Source: an uncultured bacterium (GTDB lineage Bacteria > Muiribacteriota > UBA9980). Taken from it: 64,000 nucleotides of DNA. Below the pieces are notes generated by a model. The model was given only the letters and a program-made list of their open reading frames with translations. It was not told the origin of the DNA and ran no database searches. The DNA is taken from positions 23,358-87,357 of the forward strand of contig CAZKCG010000013.1 of NCBI GenBank assembly GCA_964551445.1. Reading direction: 5' to 3'. Positions 55,548-64,000 of the stretch are shown here, piece by piece. Numbering within the stretch: position 1 is the first letter of the stretch; every line of letters starts with the position of its first letter. A program made the translations under genes and the position numbers.

Positions 55548-56830
55548 CAGTCCGAGTTCCTTTCGCGGATGAGATCATATTCTGAAAACAATATATTCTC
55601 CGCGCCCGATATCGTTATAAAGGCTTCTTTCTGATTGGTCGCCTTCGCCATGATTCCGCCTTCGGCGTCCTTCATCGAGGCTATATCTAATTCAAATATT
55701 CCGGCGGGCGATACGAATTCGTATCTTCGGCCCGTGAAAATATTGTTTTTAACGGAAACCTTGTATTCGCAAGGGCCGGTTTTTTCGTTTATAATGCCTG
55801 TCATTCTATATGTTTTAGTGTACTTTGAATCGGCGTAATTATGGTCCTTTGATTTAATGCCGCCAAGGTAAAATCCTTTTATATAACCGCGGTTGGAGAC
55901 CGAATTGAGCATCGAAAAAGTTTCTTCAGGAACTATGAATTCTTTGTTTTCGGCGGCGGCTTTTTCAAAAGCGTCGAAAGCTATCCTGTGCGCGAGCGTT
56001 ACAAGAGCCACATAATGCGGCCCTTTGATGCGGCCTTCGATCTTGAAGCCGCGCACGCCGGCCTCATATAATTTCGGAAGCAGATCGACGGCCATGAGAT
56101 CGCGGGAATTGAAAATATATGTTTCGCCTTTTGAATCGCAGCCTTCAGGCAGCGTCTTATCGCACTGCTGGACTATCTGCATATATTCGCCGGGCCTTTT
56201 TTCCTCGACCAGATAATATTTCCATCTGCACGCCTGAGCGCACGCGCCGTCGTTCGCTCCGCGATCCGTTAAAAAATTCGACAGAAGGCAGCGTCCCGAA
56301 TACGACATGCACATGGCGCCATGTATAAAAGCTTCAAGCGTAAGCCCTTCAACTTTCGGAAAATTTTGAATTTCCGCGAGAGAACATTCCCGCGCGAGAT
56401 TGACCCTTGAAACGCCCTGTCCGCGATAGAATTTAAGCGACAGTGAATTCGCGGACGAGGCCTGCGTCGAAAGGTGAAGGTTCGCTTTAAGTCCTATTTC
56501 TTTCGCCGTCATAAGAACCGCCATGTCTGAAAAGATCACTGCGTCGACTTTAATAGAGTCAAGGAACGCCAGATATTCTTTTAAATCGCTTATTTTATCT
56601 TCATGGATTATTGAATTGACAGTCACGAAAAGCTTTTTGCCGAGCGAGTGAAGATATTCCGCCGCGAAAGCGAGTTCTTCGCGCGAAAAATTCTTGCATT
56701 TAGCGCGCAGCGAGAAATCGTTTGTTCCGCAATAAATCGCGTCGGCGCCGAATTTGGCCGCTATCTTAAGCCTTTCCAGATCGCCCGCGCCCACTACGAG
56801 TTCGGGTTTTATAAATTCTTTTTGAGACAA
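55547..56830 (-). CDS. U32-family protein (427 aa; YhbU/YdcP/YegQ-like)
   Basis: PELVVGAGDLERLKIAAKFGADAIYCG...KLFVTVNSIIHE...FIHGAMCMSYSGRCLLS...GACAQACRW. Confidence 0.85.
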   Translation of the reverse strand: MSQKEFIKPELVVGAGDLERLKIAAKFGADAIYCGTNDFSLRAKCKNFSREELAFAAEYLHSLGKKLFVTVNSIIHEDKISDLKEYLAFLDSIKVDAVIFSDMAVLMTAKEIGLKANLHLSTQASSANSLSLKFYRGQGVSRVNLARECSLAEIQNFPKVEGLTLEAFIHGAMCMSYSGRCLLSNFLTDRGANDGACAQACRWKYYLVEEKRPGEYMQIVQQCDKTLPEGCDSKGETYIFNSRDLMAVDLLPKLYEAGVRGFKIEGRIKGPHYVALVTLAHRIAFDAFEKAAAENKEFIVPEETFSMLNSVSNRGYIKGFYLGGIKSKDHNYADSKYTKTYRMTGIINEKTGPCEYKVSVKNNIFTGRRYEFVSPAGIFELDIASMKDAEGGIMAKATNQKEAFITISGAENILFSEYDLIRERNSD

Positions 56831-56863
56831 AATATTATCTTCCTTACCGTAAAAAACTTTAGA

Positions 56864-57295
56864 TCACTGTTTTTTTATCTTTAAATTCATATCGTCGAGG
56901 AACTTCTGTAAAATGATCTTGGCCGCGAGCCCGTCGACGACGCTTTTTCTTTTTTTCCGGCTCATATTGGCCTCTATCAAAATACTGTTTGAGGCCCGCG
57001 TCGTCATGCGTTCGTCAAAAAATTCAACGCGCAGTTCGCCGTATTCGAATTTGTTTTCGAGCTTTTCTCCGAATTCTCTGGCCGCCCTGCACATGTCGCC
57101 CTCCCCGCCCTCGCGGTTAAAGGGAAGTCCTATCACGACATTAGTGATCTCTTCCGAGCGGCATATTTCAGCTACCGCGTCGACCGCCCTGCCGTCGCTT
57201 TTAACCGTGACGGAATTAGCCGAAATAGTGAGTGTCCTGTCTGAAACTGCGACGCCGATGCGGGCCGTTCCATAGTCTATGGCCATGTAACGCAT
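56864..57295 (-). CDS. ruvX: YqgF/RuvX putative pre-16S rRNA nuclease (Holliday-junction-resolvase-like)
   Basis: MAIDYGTARIGVAVSD...VVIGLPFNREG...DERMTT. Confidence 0.88.
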   Translation of the reverse strand: MRYMAIDYGTARIGVAVSDRTLTISANSVTVKSDGRAVDAVAEICRSEEITNVVIGLPFNREGGEGDMCRAAREFGEKLENKFEYGELRVEFFDERMTTRASNSILIEANMSRKKRKSVVDGLAAKIILQKFLDDMNLKIKKQ

Positions 57296-57363
57296 GACGC
57301 TGATTTTATCAGATTACGCCCTTTTTGTCAAATGACTTATATTATATCAATAGAAGTTAAACG

Positions 57364-57392
57364 TTGATTTCAAAGTTCATGTATGGTAATAT
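57364..57392 (+). promoter_or_regulatory. sigma-70-like promoter TTGATT-17 nt-(TGg)TAATAT upstream of the cyclase gene
   Basis: TTGATT at 57364-57369, TGg at 57384-57386 and TAATAT at 57387-57392. Confidence 0.35.
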
Positions 57393-57570
57393 TTATCGCT
57401 GAAGCCGGTTCTAATTAGCATATTGAAAAAAACATCCGCCGATTAAGAACGGAACTCGCAGTCAACCTTGATTTTAATTGTAAATTTTTGCTATTCAAGT
57501 AAAAAGTAAAGCGTCCGAAAGACCTGTGCTGGTTTGTTCGTAAACATGAATATGTCATGATTAAAGAAAA

Positions 57571-59286
57571 ATGAACATGATCGATAATGAAAACAAGAGA
57601 TCTTCAAGAAAGATCAGATGGCTTTTCGCGAATATTTTATTCGCGATATTCTGTTCCGCCTTTGCCGCGATATTTTTCGAGGCAATGTTCGTTCTTTTCG
57701 CCGCGAGTCTGACCGTTCCAGTTCCGCTTGATAAAGGCCAGATTTCTTTCGGGTCTTCTTTTGTAAAACCGGATTTTCTGCCGGAAATTCCGGAACTCGA
57801 AAAAATTTATACGGTTGAAAAAAGGCCGGCCGGTTCGTCTGGAGCGTCAGACGCCGGCACGTTCTTCATGGCGATGACGCTCGAGAACAGCGAGGGAAAG
57901 GCGCGCGTGACCTACTCGTTTTCAACCAGCAGGAAAATATATATATATGTTTTGATGCTGATATGGCTTTATTTCAGAATGCTTCCGGCCATAAGATTCC
58001 TTTCCGGAAGAACCGGGGTTACGGCCGAAGCCGCAGCGAAAAGCCTCAACGGAGTATATAAGAATATCATAATGTTCTTCGTGGTCCCGGCCGTGCTTGA
58101 AGCCGGCATGACGATATTCATCGGGGCTTATAATTATGACATGGGGACTTTTCGAAATAAAGCGCTGAACCTTTTTTCGCCGCTTGTATGGACCTATTTC
58201 GCCGGATATTTCACGCTGCTTCAGATAGAACCTTATATTTTTATGAAAGCGTGGCCTGAAATATATCCCGATGCCCCTGCCGGTATGGAAAAAACTGCTC
58301 TTTTTTCAGGCCTTAAGAGGCGTATATTTCTTAACATAATAAATCTATTTCTGGTTCCGCTCGCGCTCGTGCTTTTCATTTCGCAATATCCGAAATTATC
58401 GAGCAATGTAAGCCGCGGTTTCTCGACGGGCATAACTTTTATTTCCCTTATTTACGCTATTATTTATACGCGTATGTTATATTTCGGCATACAGATGCCT
58501 GTCAGCGAACTTATTAAAAAAATGGAGCGCGTCGCGAAAGGCGATTTTTCATGCAGAACGAGCGTGCTTTCAAACGACGAGATCGGAAGCCTTAAAAGAA
58601 ATTTCAATCTGATGGTCGAAGGCCTCGCCGAACGCGAAATGATCCGTGAAACTTTCGGGCGGCATGTTTCCGAAGAAATAGCGAAGCATTTAATAGATTC
58701 GAACAAGATAGATCTCGGCGGCGAGGTAATAGAAGCTACGGTTCTTTTCGCCGACATAAGAAATTTCACCGCCATGAGTGAAAAAATGAGCGCTAAAGAA
58801 GTCATCGATTTTTTAAACGATTATTTTTCATATATAACCGTCCCTATCAAAGACAACCGCGGAGTCATAAATAAATTTATCGGAGACGCCGTAATGGCGG
58901 TATATACACCTTATCTCGGATCTGACGAACACGCTGCCGACGCGGTGAAAAGCGCCGCCGGTATGAGAAATTCGCTCGCCGGATTTAATCGCGCGGGAAA
59001 ATATCCGTTCAAAGCGGAATTCGGCGTCGGCATCCACAGCGGGGCGCTTGTGGCCGGAAATGTCGGAACGAGCGATCGTTTAGAATACACATTTATCGGC
59101 GATACGGTCAATGTCGCCTCACGCATAGAATCGGAGAATAAAAATCTTTCAAGTGATATTTTGATCAGCGAAGAAACTTTTTTAAAGCTCGATGAAAATT
59201 TACGCTCCCGCCTGAAGTTTGAAAAGTGCGAAAAGATAAAGGTCAAGGGGCGCGCCGCTGAACTTACCCTTTATAAAATAATGTGA
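57571..59286 (+). CDS. membrane-bound class III adenylate/guanylate cyclase with a polytopic sensor and HAMP domain
   Basis: Multiple transmembrane segments. HAMP region (MERVAKGDFSCRTSVLSNDEIGSLKRNFNLMVEGL). Cyclase motifs VLFADIRNFTAMSE, FIGDAVMAVY, GIHSGALVAGNVG, FIGDTVNVASRIES. Confidence 0.88.
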   Translation: MNMIDNENKRSSRKIRWLFANILFAIFCSAFAAIFFEAMFVLFAASLTVPVPLDKGQISFGSSFVKPDFLPEIPELEKIYTVEKRPAGSSGASDAGTFFMAMTLENSEGKARVTYSFSTSRKIYIYVLMLIWLYFRMLPAIRFLSGRTGVTAEAAAKSLNGVYKNIIMFFVVPAVLEAGMTIFIGAYNYDMGTFRNKALNLFSPLVWTYFAGYFTLLQIEPYIFMKAWPEIYPDAPAGMEKTALFSGLKRRIFLNIINLFLVPLALVLFISQYPKLSSNVSRGFSTGITFISLIYAIIYTRMLYFGIQMPVSELIKKMERVAKGDFSCRTSVLSNDEIGSLKRNFNLMVEGLAEREMIRETFGRHVSEEIAKHLIDSNKIDLGGEVIEATVLFADIRNFTAMSEKMSAKEVIDFLNDYFSYITVPIKDNRGVINKFIGDAVMAVYTPYLGSDEHAADAVKSAAGMRNSLAGFNRAGKYPFKAEFGVGIHSGALVAGNVGTSDRLEYTFIGDTVNVASRIESENKNLSSDILISEETFLKLDENLRSRLKFEKCEKIKVKGRAAELTLYKIM

Positions 59287-59353
59287 ATAAAACCGTATTT
59301 GAATTCGTTCGGCCTGAAATTGTTTTTAGAGCTATGGAATCAATAAGGGCCGG

Positions 59354-59389
59354 AAAAAAAGAAAAACCGCCAGATTATACATCCGGCGG
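59354..59389 (-). terminator. rho-independent terminator of the small orphan gene
   Basis: On the minus strand: ccgccgg-atgtataat-ctggcgg followed by tttttcttttttt. The one imperfect pair is G-U on the minus strand but an A-C mismatch on the plus strand, which supports minus-strand function. Confidence 0.7.
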
Positions 59390-59415
59390 CGAGTTAAGGA
59401 GTGTGTTAGTAGATA

Positions 59416-59577
59416 TTATAACGAAAGATTGAATTCAGAAGTTAATGAAGGTTCTGAAAAGGTCGCGCATTTTGATTTCATGACCTCTTCCATAATGTTC
59501 GTCGAGCTTTTAATGGGGTTCCTTGATTCTTTGAATAGATCGTTGAGTGAGTGTGAGTGACCGCTGCTACGTTTCAT
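59416..59577 (-). CDS. small hydrophilic hypothetical protein (53 aa)
   Basis: ATG 59577 is preceded by ggggggaag 7-8 nt upstream. The terminator lies 27 nt after the stop. MKRSSGHSHSLNDLFKESRNPIKSSTNIMEEVMKSKCATFSEPSLTSEFNLSL has no recognisable family. It could instead be a non-coding sRNA. Confidence 0.4.
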   Translation of the reverse strand: MKRSSGHSHSLNDLFKESRNPIKSSTNIMEEVMKSKCATFSEPSLTSEFNLSL

Positions 59578-59627
59578 AGTATGACTTCCCCCCTGGTGTA
59601 TCAAATAACAAACATAAATATTATCGG

Positions 59628-59657
59628 TTGAAATTTCACTTTGTTTAGGTGTATAAT
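59628..59657 (+). promoter_or_regulatory. sigma-70-like promoter TTGAAA-18 nt-TATAAT upstream of the DUF362 gene
   Basis: TTGAAA at 59628-59633 and TATAAT at 59652-59657. Confidence 0.3.
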
Positions 59658-59792
59658 ATAAACTTATAATTTTATTTTAATGCCGCGTTTCTTAAAGTGC
59701 ATGAAAAAGCTTGCCTGGTCAAGTATCTTAATATTTATTTTAATTTGAATCGTTTTGATTTTTTTTATTTTAAAAAAGAAAGGGTGTTCTAA

Positions 59793-60863
59793 ATGAGAAA
59801 AGTGTTTTTTAAGTCCGTTCCCGCAAATGCCACATCCGACGATATCGCTAAAGTAAATATCGAACTCATATTAAAGACCGATGTTTTGTCCCGCGTGAAA
59901 AGCGGCAGCTTCGTCGCGATAAAAATGCACTTCGGCGACCGCGGAAATATCGGCCACATTAAACCTGAAACGGTTAAAGTGCTCGCCGAGGAGATAAAAA
60001 AAGTCAACGGCCGGCCATTTCTGGTTGAAACATCGACTCTTTACGTCGGCGCAAGATCGAACTCGGTCGATCACATAAATATAGCCTATGAACACGGCTT
60101 CACATACGAGCGCACGGGCGTTCCGATAATCATGGCCGACGGCCTGCTGGGGCATTCGCACACGCCGGTTGAAATCAACGGCCGCCATTACAAGGAAGTT
60201 TACATCGCCGCCGACGTTCCCCACTATGACTTCATAATCGGACTGACGCACGTCACCGGCCACATAATCAGCGGCATCGGCGCGACCATCAAAAATATCG
60301 GCATGGGCCTCGTCGCGCGCGGCGGCAAACTCGCCCAGCATTCGAACGTTACCCCGTCGGTCGTTTCGAAAAAATGCGTCAAATGTGGAAGATGCCAGAT
60401 GTTCTGCCCGGCCGGCGCGATAACCCTCGGCGAAGAAGCTTATGTTATCGATAAAGTAAAATGTATAGGATGCGGCGAATGTATCGCCATCTGTAAGAAC
60501 GAGGCCATAAAATTCTCGTGGAAACAGACGTCAAAAATTGTGCAGGAGAAGATGGCCGAACACACGCTCGGAATTTTGAAGGGCAAAGCCGGACATCAGG
60601 TCTTTGCCAACCACATCATCCATGTGACGAATGACTGCGACTGCATGGCCAAGGACGAGCCGGCGGCATTCGAAGATATCGGGATCGCGGTCTCGGAAGA
60701 TCCCGTAGCGGTGGACCGCATGACGCTCGATGTCTGCATGGAAAAACACGGCTTTAAATTCGAGAATGACCCGGCCGAGCCGCTCAATCCTTATATGCAG
60801 CTTGAACACGGCGAAAAAATAGGGCTTGGTTCGATGAAATACGAGCTTGTAAAAGTTGATTAA
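59793..60863 (+). CDS. DUF362-domain protein with a 2x[4Fe-4S] ferredoxin-type insert
   Basis: VAIKMHFGDRGNIGHIKPETVKVLAEEIKK...PFLVETSTLY is a DUF362-like N-terminus. Two CxxCxxCxxxCP-type motifs follow: CVKCGRCQMFCP and CIGCGECIAIC. Confidence 0.75.
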   Translation: MRKVFFKSVPANATSDDIAKVNIELILKTDVLSRVKSGSFVAIKMHFGDRGNIGHIKPETVKVLAEEIKKVNGRPFLVETSTLYVGARSNSVDHINIAYEHGFTYERTGVPIIMADGLLGHSHTPVEINGRHYKEVYIAADVPHYDFIIGLTHVTGHIISGIGATIKNIGMGLVARGGKLAQHSNVTPSVVSKKCVKCGRCQMFCPAGAITLGEEAYVIDKVKCIGCGECIAICKNEAIKFSWKQTSKIVQEKMAEHTLGILKGKAGHQVFANHIIHVTNDCDCMAKDEPAAFEDIGIAVSEDPVAVDRMTLDVCMEKHGFKFENDPAEPLNPYMQLEHGEKIGLGSMKYELVKVD

Positions 60864-60914
60864 TTCACGATTTTGATTTTGGGTCGCCCTGATATGCGGC
60901 CGTCATTGAAATTA

Positions 60915-60978
60915 AATATCCGCAGTCCTTTTAGTGATACGGTTTTTCACATGAATGACTGCGGATATTATTTTTTTT
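60915..60978 (+). terminator. 13-bp perfect inverted repeat plus T-tract between convergent genes
   Basis: aatatccgcagtc (60915-60927) pairs with gactgcggatatt (60957-60969), followed by tttttttt. The 29-nt loop is unusually long. Confidence 0.5.
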
Positions 60979-60990
60979 AAGTCTTATTAG

Positions 60991-63177
60991 TTATAAAACT
61001 ATAATGTCATATATCTCTTCGTCTATCGGCTGATTGTCGAAATCAAGTACCGGGAGATCGCCGATAAAAGCGTTTGTGGAAGAATCGATAAGCCTTATGA
61101 ACGAATCGGCCGCGCTGCCGTTGGGAGCTATGAGGATGCGGCCGTCGCGTGAAACTCCCAGGCCGGCGGGAATAAGCGGGATATTTCCGGTCAGTATGGC
61201 CGAACCGTTGCCGGAATTCAGATCGTATGAATAGATATTGCCGTCCGGATACCGTTCCATGAACACTCTTTCGGTTCCGTTGTAATTGCTGTATTTGAGG
61301 AACGAATAACTGTCGCTTGTTCCTTCCGGGCCGAGAGCTATCTTTTCAGCTGAATTATCATTTGTTTCGATCTTGTAGATGAATCCGCCGGAACTCGCGG
61401 CGGCTATGACGCGTTCGCCGTATCTGTCGATGTCCAGCGAATTAAGGGCGCCGGCTACGGTCGCGGATGTTTTTTCGACGGGCGGAAGCTGGCTGAAATC
61501 GAACAGCTTGATCGATCCTTCGGTAGTGGCGGCTATTTTATTGTTCTTGTATTCGATTATATCGTTGATATATTTATCGTCGCGGGATCTGGCAATGGAT
61601 GATATGAACCAGGGTTTGTTCATGCGGTGCCACTTGTAAACTTCCGTACCGGAACATAAAAACACGCTCAGATCGTCTGATGACGGAACGAAACTTCTCA
61701 GGCGTCCCATTGAAACTATTCCTCCGTCGCCGCTTAAAGTGTCGCGCGGCAGCACTATCTCATTGAGATCGGTCGAGAATATGTCCGGAAGGTCTGCCGT
61801 GTAGAGGTTTGATATCTCATAGAAGGTGTTGTAGCTGTCCAGAGCGTAGATCTTGTCTTTGAACGGGCTGGCCTTGACTTTTATGATGTCGTAGATCGGG
61901 GCGTACCATTTCAGCGCCAGAGATTTTTCAATTTTCGCGCCGCTGTCGGAATAGGCGAAATCGAAGCAGAATAAATAATTCGGTGAAAACAAAAAAACAA
62001 GCGATGATTTAAGCGGGCCTGAAGCCACGAATATTTCGGGGCTTTGGGTCTCGGCCGCGCCGGATGTGAGCTTAACGGTCAGTTTTCCGGAAGTCGTCGC
62101 CGCAATATCTTTGAAAACGGCTATTCCGTGAGAAGATGTTACGGATGTGACGCCTGTGAGCGATCCGGCCGATACCGTCGCGGTCACGACCTCGGCCGTG
62201 TCTACGAGGATACCGTTTTTATCGACGAGTTTCACCGTAAATTGCGGCCAGGGCGAATTCACGCTCGCCATCGGCGGCGTATAGTTCACAAATTCTATGT
62301 TTGCGACCTGCAAAACGGCGCCCGGTTTCATAATATAGACATATTCGCTGGAGCCGTAGGCGCGCTGAGCTCTGGCCGTGAATCGTATGCTTTCGTACTT
62401 GTCGGACGGAAGTTTCAAAGTAATGCCGTCAAATCTGGCTATGCCGGATGCCGCGTTGATAGTGGTTTTTCCGGAAAGCGCGTTTTTAACGCCCGATAAC
62501 GAAAGTTCGACGGTGCCGTTGAAACCGCTGAAAATATTACCGTTCTGATCGAGAAGTTTGACCTCGAACGGGGGCACTGCCTGGTTATATACAAGTATCT
62601 GCGGCAAATTTTCCTGAAAAGAGACGCGCGATATATATAATTTTTCCTCGTGTGAATATTTAAGCTGCATGGCGATAGGCGTGACCGGGATCTGCGGCGT
62701 GAAAACTTCCTGGTTCGCGGCGTTTGAAACGAAGACGTCCGATTCGGACTCGTAAACCACTTCGCTGGTGTCCGAAAAGCCATTCTTTATCCTGGCGGCG
62801 AGGAACACCGAGTATGTTTCGCCGGCGAAAACCTCTATATTGGCCTTTCTTTCCTGGTAATCATATTCGTACACGCCGAGAAGGGTTTTGCGTGTTAACG
62901 CTCCGGATTCGATGCTTTCATCGGTGGGGTTTCGGAATATCTGTATCTCGACGCTTCCGGAAGCTTGAGAAGATATGGTCTCAGCGCCGCCCGCGCGGTT
63001 CGCGAACGAAAAATTTATGGCCAGCGGAACTTTCCGACCGCTGGTTCCGTCAAAAACCTTGTCAATGGAAGAACCGCCGGATGAGCAGGAGATGGAGGCA
63101 ACGGATGTCAGAACGATAAAAAGTGATAATAAATAATATGTAAACCGATTTTTCATTTTAACCTCAAACCTTTTCAA
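60991..63177 (-). CDS. probable lipoprotein with Ig-like (Big-type) repeats and a C-terminal beta-propeller-like region
   Basis: Signal peptide and Cys in YLLSLFIVLTSVASISCSSGG. Repeated blocks such as FEVKLLDQNGNIFSGFNGTVELSLSG...GIARFDGITL and FTVKLVDKNGILVDTAEVVTATVSAGSL...GIAVFKDIA are typical of bacterial Ig-like domains. Confidence 0.55.
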   Translation of the reverse strand: MKRFEVKMKNRFTYYLLSLFIVLTSVASISCSSGGSSIDKVFDGTSGRKVPLAINFSFANRAGGAETISSQASGSVEIQIFRNPTDESIESGALTRKTLLGVYEYDYQERKANIEVFAGETYSVFLAARIKNGFSDTSEVVYESESDVFVSNAANQEVFTPQIPVTPIAMQLKYSHEEKLYISRVSFQENLPQILVYNQAVPPFEVKLLDQNGNIFSGFNGTVELSLSGVKNALSGKTTINAASGIARFDGITLKLPSDKYESIRFTARAQRAYGSSEYVYIMKPGAVLQVANIEFVNYTPPMASVNSPWPQFTVKLVDKNGILVDTAEVVTATVSAGSLTGVTSVTSSHGIAVFKDIAATTSGKLTVKLTSGAAETQSPEIFVASGPLKSSLVFLFSPNYLFCFDFAYSDSGAKIEKSLALKWYAPIYDIIKVKASPFKDKIYALDSYNTFYEISNLYTADLPDIFSTDLNEIVLPRDTLSGDGGIVSMGRLRSFVPSSDDLSVFLCSGTEVYKWHRMNKPWFISSIARSRDDKYINDIIEYKNNKIAATTEGSIKLFDFSQLPPVEKTSATVAGALNSLDIDRYGERVIAAASSGGFIYKIETNDNSAEKIALGPEGTSDSYSFLKYSNYNGTERVFMERYPDGNIYSYDLNSGNGSAILTGNIPLIPAGLGVSRDGRILIAPNGSAADSFIRLIDSSTNAFIGDLPVLDFDNQPIDEEIYDIIVL

Positions 63178-63359
63178 TAATGTAATTATGATGAAAATAA
63201 TCTTACATTACATTGCGAAAAAATTCAAGAGGTTTGAAAAAAATATTTGTTTATGTTAAAATATAATACAAATTTTTAAAAACTATGTTTTAAAATAAAC
63301 ATTATTAAATTAAGACGATCCATAGTCGTCTTTATAATAAATCCGGAGGAAAATCAAAC

Positions 63360-64000
63360 TTGATAAGAAAACTCTGCTTTTTTGCATTATTATACATTAT
63401 GTTTTTATGCGGCTGCTCGGGTTCCGGCGGCGGATCCGATCAGACGCCGTTGAAGTCGCCCGATGGCGCCGCCAGAGTGGCTAATGTCCGCGTCGTTGGA
63501 AGTTCTGAGGATATTACCGTGACCTTCGATCTTATCGACCCCGGTAACGACACTTCATCTGTTAAAATTTTATATTCGCTCGATTCGGGAAAGAATTTTA
63601 CTCCAGTTTCATTCGTAGATGGCTCCACCATGGAGGTCGCAGCCGGTCTTAACAGAACCATCAAATGGAAGATATCCTCGGACCTGCCCGGAAACCGCAG
63701 CGATATTACCGTTCGCGTCATCGCGATAAAACGGGGCGTTGAGTCCGCCCCGGCCGACGGCCGGCCTTTTTCGACAAGCGTTCCAGCCGGCGGATCCGGC
63801 CAGTTCAAGATCGCTTTCGTTTCCGACCGCGATATCTGGAAAAAGGCTTATGTCATGAACTCCGACGGCACCAACCAGCAGAAGCTTTTCGCCGACAATT
63901 TCAATGAATTCTACGCGTCGCTTTCATCGGACGGCCGGAAAGTGGTTTTCACTTCCGACCGTTCCGCGAGCTCCGAGGTTTATGTTTCGGATTCGGGCGG
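63360..64000 (+). CDS. lipoprotein with TolB-like PD40 repeats; the 3' end runs off the right edge of the window
   Basis: Own translation; the ORF has no stop in the window. TTG 63360 follows the RBS ccggagga. Lipobox MFLCGC. Then ...QFKIAFVSDRDIWKKAYVMNSDGTNQQKLF...ASLSSDGRKVVFTSDRSASSEVYV, which matches the PD40 pattern. Confidence 0.65.
   Translation, partial: MIRKLCFFALLYIMFLCGCSGSGGGSDQTPLKSPDGAARVANVRVVGSSEDITVTFDLIDPGNDTSSVKILYSLDSGKNFTPVSFVDGSTMEVAAGLNRTIKWKISSDLPGNRSDITVRVIAIKRGVESAPADGRPFSTSVPAGGSGQFKIAFVSDRDIWKKAYVMNSDGTNQQKLFADNFNEFYASLSSDGRKVVFTSDRSASSEVYVSDSG

Noticed and set aside
1-64000. Scan for tRNA, rRNA, tmRNA, RNase P RNA, CRISPR arrays, IS or transposase genes, integrases, toxin-antitoxin pairs and reverse transcriptases.
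   Set aside because: I found none of the following: T-loop GGTTCGAATCC-type tRNA signatures in intergenic DNA; RNase P RNA GAGGAAAGTCC; repeat-spacer arrays; DDE, tyrosine-recombinase or reverse-transcriptase motifs in any frame. By-eye scanning can miss divergent elements.

Overview
The window reads as a chromosomal segment of a moderate-GC, probably uncultivated bacterium. I found no rRNA, tRNA, CRISPR array, transposase or integrase.

Layout:
- 1-1932 (-): 3'-truncated sigma-54 activator with PAS repeats, a GAF domain and an AAA+ domain.
- 2.2-17.9 kb (+): a compact dcw (division/cell-wall) cluster, rsmH-ftsL-ftsI-murE-murF-mraY-[RsbW-like kinase]-murD-ftsW-murC-ftsQ-ftsA-ftsZ. It lacks mraZ, murG, murB and ddl.
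- 18-29 kb (+): radical SAM protein, secreted hypothetical, PfkB kinase, AsmA-like protein, MoxR-type AAA+ ATPase, a 699-aa partner protein, a beta-propeller protein and udk.
- 28.9-34.2 kb (-): a 1754-aa CheB-CheR-PAS-GAF-histidine kinase-receiver fusion.
- 34.4-39.9 kb (-): a four-gene operon of prepilin-signal (pseudopilin-like) proteins with very large globular domains. It has its own promoter and terminator.
- 39.9-46.1 kb (-): PolC-type replicase, DUF2156-like protein, GNAT acetyltransferase and a small radical SAM protein.
- 46.1-46.7 kb: long intergenic region with divergent promoters and a GC-rich, possibly structured leader.
- 46.7-48 kb (+): membrane protein and ankyrin-repeat protein.
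- 48-57.3 kb (-): TPR lipoprotein, large U32 protein, plsC, cmk, aroA, an 87-aa ORF, a second U32 protein and ruvX.
- 57.5-64 kb: HAMP adenylate cyclase, an orphan small gene, a DUF362/ferredoxin protein, an Ig-like/propeller lipoprotein and a 3'-truncated TolB-like lipoprotein.

The observations I rate highest:
- The PolC lacks its proofreading exonuclease insert.
- The enlarged minor-pseudopilin-like operon has no pilus or T2SS machinery nearby.
- The MoxR / large partner / propeller module has no VWA protein.
- A U32 gene, a small ORF and aroA are translationally coupled.
- An RsbW-like kinase sits inside the dcw cluster.

All family assignments come from motif recognition by eye. No database search was run.
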